A stretch of 64,000 nt of DNA from an uncultured Alphaproteobacteria bacterium (GTDB lineage Bacteria > Pseudomonadota > Alphaproteobacteria > UBA7985 > CAJQQZ01): NCBI GenBank assembly GCA_905480575.1, contig CAJQQZ010000031.1, positions 305 to 64,304 of the forward strand, written 5' to 3'. A model generated the notes under the pieces. It did no database searches. It had not been told where the DNA came from and worked only from the letters and a program-made list of their open reading frames with translations. Positions 22,537 through 30,836 of the stretch are shown piece after piece. Position numbers and translations under genes: made by a program. The stretch's first letter is position 1; every line of letters starts with the position of its first letter.

Positions 22537-23187
22537 TTAAGCGCCTTTTCTCAGCAAAGCATTGGGTGACAAGTTGAGGTGACACAAGCGCCAGCCTTCT
22601 TTTTCCTCTCCGTCGATGTCTTTGTAATGGAAGTGATCGAGGCGGGTGACCGACCAATTCTCAATCGAGAGAGTGAGAGCCTGAGCTGGAGACAGTTCGA
22701 GAGCGGTTGCGACAGCGGCTCTGATAGAGCCACCGTGAGCAACGCATATGATGTCCCTGCCTTTATGCTCCTTCGTGAGTTCCTTTTTCTTTTGGCTGGT
22801 ACGATTGTAAACATCCATCCAGCTTTCTCCATTTGGCGCACTGACTTCAGCCGGAGCCAGCCAAAAGGCAGTGCTCTTTCCAACTTTATGGAGCTCTGAC
22901 CAGGTCAATCCTTCCCAATCACCGAAGTTCTGCTCAGCAAACTCAGGGATTTCTTTGCGATTCCAACAAGGAACACCCGCGGCAATTATGGCATCTGCAG
23001 TTTGCCGGGTTCTCTGAAAATTTGACGTAATCCATTGTGCTTTACGCGGGAGAACCTGGGCCAATGTTTCGAAACTATGGTTGTCGGTAACGTTTGCGTC
23101 CAAGTCTCTGGATTGACCATAGATCGTTTTTTCTGGGTTTATGACAGGGGCATGTCTGACCCACCACCATCTTGTTGTTTTTCCCAT
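22537..23187 (-). CDS. Histidine phosphatase family protein (CobC-like alpha-ribazole phosphatase)
   Basis: WVRHAP, EQNFGDWEG, VAHGGSIRA; follows cobS; start trimmed to ATG 23187. Confidence 0.82.
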   Translation of the reverse strand: MGKTTRWWWVRHAPVINPEKTIYGQSRDLDANVTDNHSFETLAQVLPRKAQWITSNFQRTRQTADAIIAAGVPCWNRKEIPEFAEQNFGDWEGLTWSELHKVGKSTAFWLAPAEVSAPNGESWMDVYNRTSQKKKELTKEHKGRDIICVAHGGSIRAAVATALELSPAQALTLSIENWSVTRLDHFHYKDIDGEEKEGWRLCHLNLSPNALLRKGA

Positions 23188-23191
23188 GATT

Positions 23192-23962
23192 TCAGGAGCC
23201 CAAATAAGAAGTAAAAAGTGCCAGTAAGGCGATCTCAATAATCTGTTGTAAGGCACCAAGTGTGTCACCAGTATGGCCACCTACTTGACGTTGGGAAATC
23301 CATGCCCAAATCGTTAAAACAACAAAGCAGAGAACGCTCGCCCAGAGTGCTGGACCAAAGCCGAGGCTTATCCAAATGAACAACAGGCTAAGCCCTAAAC
23401 CTAAGCCGGCGTTGCTCACAGTTACCTTACCCGCTTTCGAGGCTACTCCCGAAGTTTTGGCCGGAGCAGTGTAAGCCATGAGAACAGGCATTGATGAGCG
23501 CGAAAGAGAGTGAACAGCAACCACTATGAGAGCGAGTGGAAGCAAATCTCCCTCCATCAAGGGAGCTAAAAGAGCGACCTTCAGCAGAGCCCCCAAAACC
23601 AAAGCCAAGACGCCATAAGTGCCGATACGGCTGTCTTTCATGATCTCTAATTTGCGTTCACGGTTATGTCCGCCGCCAAATCCGTCACAGCAATCTGCTA
23701 GGCCATCTTCATGCAGTGCGCCAGTCACGAGGGCTGTGAATGCAACCACCAGAACGGCACTTGTTAGTTCAGTCAACCCCAGCACCTGGAGGAGCCAAAC
23801 GAAGCCAGCAACTAACGCACCTATCAATGCACCAACAATTGCAAAACAATAAGCACTGTCAGCTAAGCTCTGATCAAGTTGCCGTCGAATGATGGGGAGG
23901 GGCAGTCTCGTCAAAAAGGTAACGGCGAGATAGAGGTGCGTGAGAAATTTAAGGAGAAACAT
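23192..23962 (-). CDS. cobS: Adenosylcobinamide-GDP ribazoletransferase
   Basis: FLTRLP, TGALHEDGLADCCDG, IMKDSRIGTYG, GGHTGDTLGA. Confidence 0.95.
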   Translation of the reverse strand: MFLLKFLTHLYLAVTFLTRLPLPIIRRQLDQSLADSAYCFAIVGALIGALVAGFVWLLQVLGLTELTSAVLVVAFTALVTGALHEDGLADCCDGFGGGHNRERKLEIMKDSRIGTYGVLALVLGALLKVALLAPLMEGDLLPLALIVVAVHSLSRSSMPVLMAYTAPAKTSGVASKAGKVTVSNAGLGLGLSLLFIWISLGFGPALWASVLCFVVLTIWAWISQRQVGGHTGDTLGALQQIIEIALLALFTSYLGS

Positions 23963-24086
23963 TTTGATCGCAGACGTTAAATTCTGATTGCTTAGGGCAA
24001 AAGAACCTGCTTTTTACGCCCAAACATCAGAGGCTTATAAAGCTCTCGAAGAATCGACGCAACCACCTCAGCCAAGGGAATACGAA

Positions 24087-25115
24087 GTGTCTACTGCTGC
24101 CTCACTCGCTTCATTTGATGAAATCCGCAAACTTTTCCCGCAATTGCCAGGCCCGGACCTGGAAGCAGCAACGGCAACAGCAGAACGTGAAGTTCAGTTG
24201 ACGAAACCTGCTGGTTCGTTGGGGCGCCTTGAGGAGCTCGTTTCTTGGTTGGCAACTTGGCAGGGAAAGCACCCACCAGCGATAGAACATCCAAGGACTG
24301 CCGTTTTTGCGGGCAACCACGGTGTCGCGGCGCGTGGCGTTTCAGCCTTTCCGGCAGAAGTTACCAAGCAGATGGTTGCAAACTTTCTTCATGGTGGTGC
24401 CGCTGTTAATCAACTCTGCGGGTTTGCCGATGCTGATTTGAAGGTTTACGAACTGGATCTGGACAACCCGACGGACGACTTCACTGCTGGTCCGGCCATG
24501 TCCGAGGAGGACTGTGTCAAAGCCATGGCTTACGGCATGACAGCGGTTGAACCCGGTGTTGATCTACTTTGCTTGGGCGAAATGGGAATTGCCAATACGA
24601 CGTCGGCGGCAGCGATTTCGGCTCTGCTTTTTGCTGGAACTGGCGACGATTGGGCTGGCCCTGGTACAGGTGTAGAAGGCGAGGCGCTGGCGAACAAAAA
24701 AGCGGTCATTGATGAAGCGATTGCCTTGCACGCCGAGGCCAAATCCGACGGCTTAGAAGTCTTGCGCCGTGTTGGAGGTATGGAGTTAGCAGCAATTGTT
24801 GGTGCTATTCTTGCTGCTCGTATGGCAAGGGTGCCGGTTGTTCTTGATGGGTTTATCTGCACGGCCGCGGCAGCAGCGCTAGAGGCCAGCTGCAAAGGAG
24901 CATTGGATCACTGCATTGTAGCGCATAGTTCGGCAGAGCCCGGACATAAAGCACTGGTTGAGAAACTTGGTAAAGAACCTTTGTTCGATTTTGGCATGAG
25001 GTTGGGTGAAGCCTCGGGCGCTTCTTTGGCGGTACCAATCCTAAAGGCGGCAGTTGCGTGCCATTCTGGGATGGCTACTTTTGCTGAAGCGGGGGTCGCG
25101 GGTAAGTCTGGCTGA
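24087..25115 (+). CDS. cobT: Nicotinate-nucleotide-dimethylbenzimidazole phosphoribosyltransferase
   Basis: LTKPAGSLGRLE, GEMGIANTT, MRLGEASGA, MATFAEAGV; likely GTG start at 24087. Confidence 0.95.
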   Translation: MSTAASLASFDEIRKLFPQLPGPDLEAATATAEREVQLTKPAGSLGRLEELVSWLATWQGKHPPAIEHPRTAVFAGNHGVAARGVSAFPAEVTKQMVANFLHGGAAVNQLCGFADADLKVYELDLDNPTDDFTAGPAMSEEDCVKAMAYGMTAVEPGVDLLCLGEMGIANTTSAAAISALLFAGTGDDWAGPGTGVEGEALANKKAVIDEAIALHAEAKSDGLEVLRRVGGMELAAIVGAILAARMARVPVVLDGFICTAAAAALEASCKGALDHCIVAHSSAEPGHKALVEKLGKEPLFDFGMRLGEASGASLAVPILKAAVACHSGMATFAEAGVAGKSG

Positions 25116-25211
25116 TCCTTTCCAAGCAACAAGAAGTTTTCATGACGATTTGATGACCTCGTTGAAAATGGATGCTAACCTGATCGCTCAACAAGTGATT
25201 TAGGGCAGACT

Positions 25212-26567
25212 ATGGATATCACCAGTGCTAATCCTTTGGGTCGATTGAGTGTTGCCGCAGCTCATGGGCGCATCAACCTCAGGACGCTGGTCCTTATTCG
25301 GTGGATTGCTGTATTCGGGCAAGCAGCAACTATTCTCCTGGTCCATTTCTGGATCGGATTTGAGCTACCTCTGTTTTCTACATTGCTAGCTGTTGCTGCG
25401 TCAGCGTTCGTTAACTTGGTTGCCTGGCGCCTGACCATTCGTCGTGAAGGGCAACAGGGAAGCTGGCTGCAAGAGAATGACGCTGCTCTCTTCCTGGGGT
25501 TTGACATCATCCAGTTGGCTGTTCTTTTCTGGTTAACTGGCGGATTGACCAACCCGTTTTGCGTCTTAATTTTGGCTCCGGTAACAGTGTCTGCCTCCAT
25601 TCTCTCCCGACGCAGTACCACCGTTCTTTCTGCCGTTGCTCTCTTCGTTGTTGGGGTTTTGATTTATGACCACAAGCCCTTACCTTGGGGTGAAGGCAAT
25701 TTAGAACTTCCCTTTGTTTATCTGGTAGGAATCGGTTCTGCGCTTGCTATTTCCATCTTGTTTATTGCCTCTTATGTGGCCAGCTTAGCTGCGGAGGCGA
25801 GAGATGTTTCCGATGCTCTCACCTCGGCAGAATTGGCGCTAGAAAGAGAGCAAAAATTGTCGGCGGTAGGGGGACTAGCGGCGGCGGCGGCCCACGAGTT
25901 GGGCACACCCCTCGGGACGATTGTTTTGGTGGCAAAGGAGCTTGCAGCTGACTTGCCGAGAGATTCTCGTATGTTGGAAGATGCCAATTTGCTGGTGTCT
26001 GAAAGCTTGAGATGTAAAGAAATTCTTACAAGCCTGACAGCTGATCCCAAGGGAGATGAAGGGGAGGCCTTTAATTGGATCTCCATTGAAGCTTTGGTTC
26101 AGCTGTCCTCAAAAAACTACCGCCATAGTGATGTTGATATATTGACCGATTTTGCACCGTTTGAAGACGAAGACATGAGCAAACAACCATTGATGCCGCG
26201 CAGTCCTGAGATCATTCACGGCCTCGGTAACATAATTCAAAATGCCATACAATTTGCATCCTCAACTGTAACAATTGCTGGTGCCTGGAATGAAAACAAG
26301 ATTGAAATCGAAATTGTGGACGATGGCCCAGGATTCGAAGCCTCGGTTTTGAATCGATTGGGTGATCCTTACGTTTCAACTGGCAGCCGAAATCGCAAAC
26401 AAAAGCCTAAAAGCTCGATGGGATTAGGTGTTTTCATCGCCAAAACCATGTTGTCTCACACTGGCGCGGAAGTCGAATTCCTAAATAGCGAAGACACAGG
26501 TGCCATTGTGCGAGTCGTTTGGCCTAGAAGCGCCTTAACTCTAGACCAAAAGCGACAAGAAGCGTAA
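25212..26567 (+). CDS. regB: RegB/PrrB/ActS redox-sensing histidine kinase
   Basis: TGGLTNPF quinone-binding motif, AAAAAHELGTPL, RCKEIL redox Cys, DDGPG, GLGVFIA. Confidence 0.93.
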   Translation: MDITSANPLGRLSVAAAHGRINLRTLVLIRWIAVFGQAATILLVHFWIGFELPLFSTLLAVAASAFVNLVAWRLTIRREGQQGSWLQENDAALFLGFDIIQLAVLFWLTGGLTNPFCVLILAPVTVSASILSRRSTTVLSAVALFVVGVLIYDHKPLPWGEGNLELPFVYLVGIGSALAISILFIASYVASLAAEARDVSDALTSAELALEREQKLSAVGGLAAAAAHELGTPLGTIVLVAKELAADLPRDSRMLEDANLLVSESLRCKEILTSLTADPKGDEGEAFNWISIEALVQLSSKNYRHSDVDILTDFAPFEDEDMSKQPLMPRSPEIIHGLGNIIQNAIQFASSTVTIAGAWNENKIEIEIVDDGPGFEASVLNRLGDPYVSTGSRNRKQKPKSSMGLGVFIAKTMLSHTGAEVEFLNSEDTGAIVRVVWPRSALTLDQKRQEA

Positions 26568-26607
26568 TATGGGCGGAATGTCATATTTGATTTGAGACTC
26601 AGGCCTT

Positions 26608-27150
26608 ATGAACCAGCCAATAGATGAGAAAAACCTGCTTATCGTAGACGATGATGATCGCTTCGGGGATCGTTTAGCTTTGGCTATGGAAAGGCGTGGT
26701 TTCAACGTTACGACAGCTCACTCCGTGGCAGAAGGTCGGGCAGCGATTCAGATGTCGATTCCTCGTTACGCCGTGATTGACTTGCGTTTGGGTGATGGCA
26801 GCGGCCTTGATGTTGTGAACGCCATTCGCCAGGTTTCTATGGCAACCAAAGTGGTGATTCTAACTGGTTATGGAAACATCGCAACGGCGGTTTCGGCTGT
26901 TAAACTTGGCGCTAATGACTATTTGCCAAAGCCTGCTGACGCTGACCAGATTGAAGCGGCCTTGATGGTGGAAGACAACTCACTACCACCGCCTCCTGAA
27001 AATCCGATGACGGCTGACCGTGTACGCTGGGAACACATCCAACGGGTGTTTGAGCAGTGTAACCGTAACGTTTCTGAAACAGCGCGCCGCTTGAGAATGC
27101 ATCGCCGTACTTTGCAGCGTATTCTCAACAAGTACGCTCCAAGAAACTAA
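26608..27150 (+). CDS. regA: RegA/PrrA/ActR response regulator
   Basis: PPENPMTADRVRWEHIQRV..CNRNVSETARRLRMHRRTLQRIL. Confidence 0.96.
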   Translation: MNQPIDEKNLLIVDDDDRFGDRLALAMERRGFNVTTAHSVAEGRAAIQMSIPRYAVIDLRLGDGSGLDVVNAIRQVSMATKVVILTGYGNIATAVSAVKLGANDYLPKPADADQIEAALMVEDNSLPPPPENPMTADRVRWEHIQRVFEQCNRNVSETARRLRMHRRTLQRILNKYAPRN

Positions 27151-27166
27151 AGCCTTCGATCCAGCT

Positions 27167-27625
27167 TTAGTCCAATCGGGCTAGTCTTCGGGCAGCTGTT
27201 TGCGCGAAGAGCAGGGTGAGTGCTTTGCGTCTTGATGCGTGCATCTTTTCTGTTTCGGCTAACCTGATCACCGAAGCGCTAAATCCATCCGCGATGAGAA
27301 GTCCGCAAGTTTCAGGTATGCGGTCGATTGGGAAATCTTCATCCACCGCGAAATAGAAGCGATCACAATAGCCCTGGTATTCCTGCCATTTTTGATCTGA
27401 GGTGAAATCAGCCAAGCAGGACTTTACTTCCACAATGACCAGCTCTCCGTCTGAGTTGATGGCGGCAAGATCTGCTCGACGTTTGTTTGGCAGCGAAAAT
27501 TCATTCAAGTAAACCCAGCCAGCTTCGTTAAAATGACGAGATAACCCACGAAGAACTGCTAAAGCAGCTGGGCTTAGTGCGGAACGATAAACTTTGCTTG
27601 TGGACGAGGCGTCGCCGACTTTCAT
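27167..27625 (-). CDS. mmcB: MmcB family DNA repair endonuclease
   Basis: RRADL, IVEVKS..DF..DQKW..Y..YCDRFYFAV; usual position downstream of regA. Confidence 0.88.
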   Translation of the reverse strand: MKVGDASSTSKVYRSALSPAALAVLRGLSRHFNEAGWVYLNEFSLPNKRRADLAAINSDGELVIVEVKSCLADFTSDQKWQEYQGYCDRFYFAVDEDFPIDRIPETCGLLIADGFSASVIRLAETEKMHASRRKALTLLFAQTAARRLARLD

Positions 27626-27728
27626 TTGGGCCCTTTTTGAGTCTTGAGCAGCAACTCTATCGCAAGAAAAATGAAAGACAAGAGGGCCTTGCCCAAGCTT
27701 GGCCGCATTTTCTCACTAAATTAGAGTC

Positions 27729-28313
27729 ATGAAAAAGAACTTGTTCCTTATTTTTGTCACGGCGACGACGCTCTTGAACCTTACATCTTTGAGCCAGGCG
27801 CATAATTGTACACGTGAGTACATTCCGGTTTGTGGACTTGTTCAGGTTCAGTGTTTCACGACACCTTGCCCACCTCTATGGATGGATTTCTCAAATGCCT
27901 GCTTAGCTAAGGCAGCAGGCTCTGTTGAGCAAAGACTCGGCAAATGTGGTGCTTTAGAAGGAACAGCCGGTACGGTGGGTAAGAAAACAACCTTGGCTCG
28001 CTCATATCCGGCTCGGGTCGAGCAGCTCTCTCTTTTGGTCGCGACATCGCAACCGCCGCAGTACATCCTTCGTGTAACGGGGCAATTGATGAATGGATGT
28101 GAGACGCTGGGGGAACCGGCTCAGCAAAAACTAGGCAATGATTTTATTGTCTCGTTGCCAGCTGGCGTGCCGATAGAGCGCGAAGGTATGATGTGTTCCA
28201 TGGCCTTGCGACCGTTTGAAACCCAAATCAAGCTTGACGTGCCGCCAGAACAAGACATGTCAAAACCATTCTCGGTTATCGTCAATGGACGCCGGACCCA
28301 ATTCGGAAAGTAA
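27729..28313 (+). CDS. Secreted Kazal-like protease-inhibitor domain protein
   Basis: Signal peptide, CTREYIPVCG...FSNAC...GKC, second Cys-containing beta domain. Confidence 0.65.
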   Translation: MKKNLFLIFVTATTLLNLTSLSQAHNCTREYIPVCGLVQVQCFTTPCPPLWMDFSNACLAKAAGSVEQRLGKCGALEGTAGTVGKKTTLARSYPARVEQLSLLVATSQPPQYILRVTGQLMNGCETLGEPAQQKLGNDFIVSLPAGVPIEREGMMCSMALRPFETQIKLDVPPEQDMSKPFSVIVNGRRTQFGK

Positions 28314-28321
28314 ATCGGTAG

Positions 28322-28942
28322 CTAAACAGGGCTGTTTGCTGTGCTGACGCCAATCAACGCATCGACATTGACGAGTTCGGCCAACTTTTCTTCTGTCCAA
28401 TCCTCTGTTCCCTGAGGGCGTTCAGGCAACACCATATAACGCATGTCTGCTGTGCTGTCGTGGACACGAACTTCCATGCTATCCGGTAATTCAGTACCAA
28501 ATTCCTTGAGTACCGCGCGGGGTTCATTGACGGTTCTCTTGCGATAGTTCTTAGACTTGTACCATTCGGGAGATGGCCCCAACAATAAAACGGGGTAACA
28601 AGAGCAAAGTGTGCAAACGATGACGTTGTGAACATCGGGCGTATTCTCAACAACCAAGAGCTGGGCCGCACCGATATCGAAGCCCATTTCCTTTGCAGCG
28701 GATGGACCATTAGATAACAGCCGTGATTTGTAGTCTGGATCAGTCCAGGCACGCGCCACGATGGCGGCCCCGTTGCCGGGCGTTCTTTTACTCATTGCTG
28801 CGACTTGCTTAGTAACGTCGTCTGCAGTGAACAGGCCTTTTTCGATGAGAAGCTCGCGAAGGGCTTCAGATAGAACTTGCGCTTCTTCCGGCATACCTTC
28901 GTCGATTTCAATAGGACTGTGGTCGTGATGATCGTGAGGCAT
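28322..28942 (-). CDS. Nitrile hydratase alpha / thiocyanate hydrolase gamma-like subunit (Co-type)
   Basis: VCTLCSCY metal-binding motif, GAAIVARAWTDP, RYMVLPERP. Confidence 0.93.
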   Translation of the reverse strand: MPHDHHDHSPIEIDEGMPEEAQVLSEALRELLIEKGLFTADDVTKQVAAMSKRTPGNGAAIVARAWTDPDYKSRLLSNGPSAAKEMGFDIGAAQLLVVENTPDVHNVIVCTLCSCYPVLLLGPSPEWYKSKNYRKRTVNEPRAVLKEFGTELPDSMEVRVHDSTADMRYMVLPERPQGTEDWTEEKLAELVNVDALIGVSTANSPV

Positions 28943-28945
28943 AGC

Positions 28946-29239
28946 TTAACTCCCTGCTGGTTCTAACCAGTGATCGTATATTTCGATCTCAATCGTATCG
29001 TGAGATGGGCCGGAATAGCTTGGCCACAAAGATTTCTGTTCAAATCGAACACGGTAAAGAGTTTGGGCGGGTAGGCCATCTTTACCGTAGGCTAGCTGTT
29101 CTGGGTTTGGGAACTTACCACAAATGCGCTCCACGATGCCTTCATGTCCACGGCAATAGATAGGCGTTCTTATGTGGCCGGAGGGGTTTCGAGTGTCTAC
29201 TTTGACACGTTCACCCACGGTAAATCTGTGCTCACTCAC
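28946..29239 (-). CDS. Nitrile hydratase beta C-terminal (SH3-like) / ScnA-like subunit
   Basis: FTVGERV, GHIRTPIYCRG, LYRVRFEQ..LW, IYDHWLEPA. Confidence 0.88.
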   Translation of the reverse strand: MSEHRFTVGERVKVDTRNPSGHIRTPIYCRGHEGIVERICGKFPNPEQLAYGKDGLPAQTLYRVRFEQKSLWPSYSGPSHDTIEIEIYDHWLEPAGS

Positions 29240-29547
29240 AAACTGGCCTCCATACGCTCTCTGACTTGTTCAATACGCTGGTCTAATTCATTTTGCGTGA
29301 TGTGACCTTTCTCAACCATAAGCGCCGCGATGGAGTAAGCCCATTTGCCGTAGTAACGTTCCTTGTCGTAACGATCTTCGCCCAGGGTTTCGATACCGCG
29401 GCGCAGCTCGTCAATTGTCATGACTTTGGCTTTGCTAGAGAGAAGCCTCAACATCGCGTCGACCCGTAACTCCCAGAGACTGTATTCGTAGTGAGTTTGA
29501 TCAACCTCACCGCCTGGTTCACCGCCGATGTCATGATAGGATTTCAT
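29236..29547 (-). CDS. Nitrile hydratase beta N-terminal / ScnB-like subunit
   Basis: HDIGG, WELR, DELRRGIE, YYGKW, LMVEKG.IT..EL. Confidence 0.88.
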   Translation of the reverse strand: MKSYHDIGGEPGGEVDQTHYEYSLWELRVDAMLRLLSSKAKVMTIDELRRGIETLGEDRYDKERYYGKWAYSIAALMVEKGHITQNELDQRIEQVRERMEASL

Positions 29548-29740
29548 TTTCGCTTCTCTCAGCTATTGTCTTGTTAAAAGAATGCTCCATTTTGGAGCCA
29601 AAGCCAAGATAAAGCAGTTTCTGTTTTTATAGAATCACCATGAAAATAGAAACTGCTACAATATCAACTCGTTGCGCAGGCGTTTCGCTCTTCACCTGCT
29701 TCAGGTTATTCGCGAAACGCTTTAGATTTAAGGAAAATCC

Positions 29741-30421
29741 GTGTCTCATCCAAAGTTAAATAACATCAAGGTTTGCGCCTTCGACGCTTACGGTACTTTG
29801 TTCAATGTCCATTCCGCCGTCGCGCGGGGAGGGCAAGGTTTGGGAGATAAAGCACAAGCGGTGTCCGACACATGGCGGCTAAAACAATTGCAGTATACTT
29901 GGCTTCGCTCCCTCATGAAAAACCACGCTGATTTCTGGACGGTGACCAGTGATGGCTTGTCATTTGCGTTAGAGGCCCATGGTGTGGATGATCCAGAACT
30001 CCATGCTTCACTGATGAATCTTTATATGACACTTGATCCTTATGAGGATGTCATCCCTTGTCTAACTGGATTGAAGTCCCAAGGATTGCACACGGCTATT
30101 TTGTCCAATGGAAACAGAGCAATGTTAAATGCCGCAACGGACTCAGCGGGACTAACCGAGCTGCTCGATGCATCTCTGTCGATTGACGATGTTGGTATCT
30201 ACAAGCCGGATCCAAAAGTTTATCAAATGGTAGGCGACAGGTTTGGCGTTTCTGCAAGCGAAGTGTGCTTCATGTCCACCAACGCCTGGGACGCCAGCGG
30301 TGCCGCAGACTTTGGTTTTAACGTTGTCTGGCTCAACCGTTTTGGTCAAATTCCTGAGAAACTGCCCGGCGAACTTGTTACTCAAATCACTTCATTAGAC
30401 GAGTTAGCGGCTTTGCTCTAG
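29741..30421 (+). CDS. Haloacid dehalogenase type II (L-2-haloacid dehalogenase family)
   Basis: FDAYGTLF, WRLKQLQYTWL, LSNG, YKPDP, STNAWD. Confidence 0.9.
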   Translation: MSHPKLNNIKVCAFDAYGTLFNVHSAVARGGQGLGDKAQAVSDTWRLKQLQYTWLRSLMKNHADFWTVTSDGLSFALEAHGVDDPELHASLMNLYMTLDPYEDVIPCLTGLKSQGLHTAILSNGNRAMLNAATDSAGLTELLDASLSIDDVGIYKPDPKVYQMVGDRFGVSASEVCFMSTNAWDASGAADFGFNVVWLNRFGQIPEKLPGELVTQITSLDELAALL

Positions 30422-30822
30422 TCGGCTTCAAAGCCTGCGGCCTTGTGGCTTCCGTCGCAGTACGGGCGGTTCTTGGAAGCGCCACAACGACAAAGGACGA
30501 GGCGGCTGCTGTGCGCACTGTCTTCTCCAGCGGAAAGAGTTACTGGGCCGATGACTACAAGAGGACCGTTTTTCTTTGTGGTGATGCTAAGCTCGCCTTC
30601 ATCGGAAGCCGCGCCTTCCGACAGTTTATGCTCACCGAGACTACCAACGTCTTCAAATCCACATGATTTGTGCGCGCCATCACAGTAGGGTTTGTTCGTG
30701 GAAGCGCCACAACGGCAGAGATAAGCCGACGTCTTCTCTTCTGTCTCATCACCAACAGTGATGCTTAGGTTCCCTTTGACGGAGAAAGGGCCGTTTGGAT
30801 TGATTTTGACAGTGTTAGACAT
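30418..30822 (-). CDS. Tandem CDGSH iron-sulfur domain protein
   Basis: Two LCRCGAS.N.PYCDG(A/S)H repeats, each preceded by NGP. Confidence 0.92.
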   Translation of the reverse strand: MSNTVKINPNGPFSVKGNLSITVGDETEEKTSAYLCRCGASTNKPYCDGAHKSCGFEDVGSLGEHKLSEGAASDEGELSITTKKNGPLVVIGPVTLSAGEDSAHSSRLVLCRCGASKNRPYCDGSHKAAGFEAD

Positions 30823-30836
30823 CTTTTTTCCCTGCT

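Noticed and set aside
23963-24086. Cobalamin riboswitch between cobS and cobT
   Set aside because: Spacer is only about 125 bp and lacks the B12-box and conserved core
27626-27728. LexA box upstream of mmcB
   Set aside because: No GTTC-N7-GTTC or GAAC-N7-GAAC match seen
29548-29740. Fluoride (crcB) riboswitch upstream of the HAD gene
   Set aside because: No GAUGG-N-GUUC-NCC / CUGAUG consensus; the hairpins are reported as unclassified
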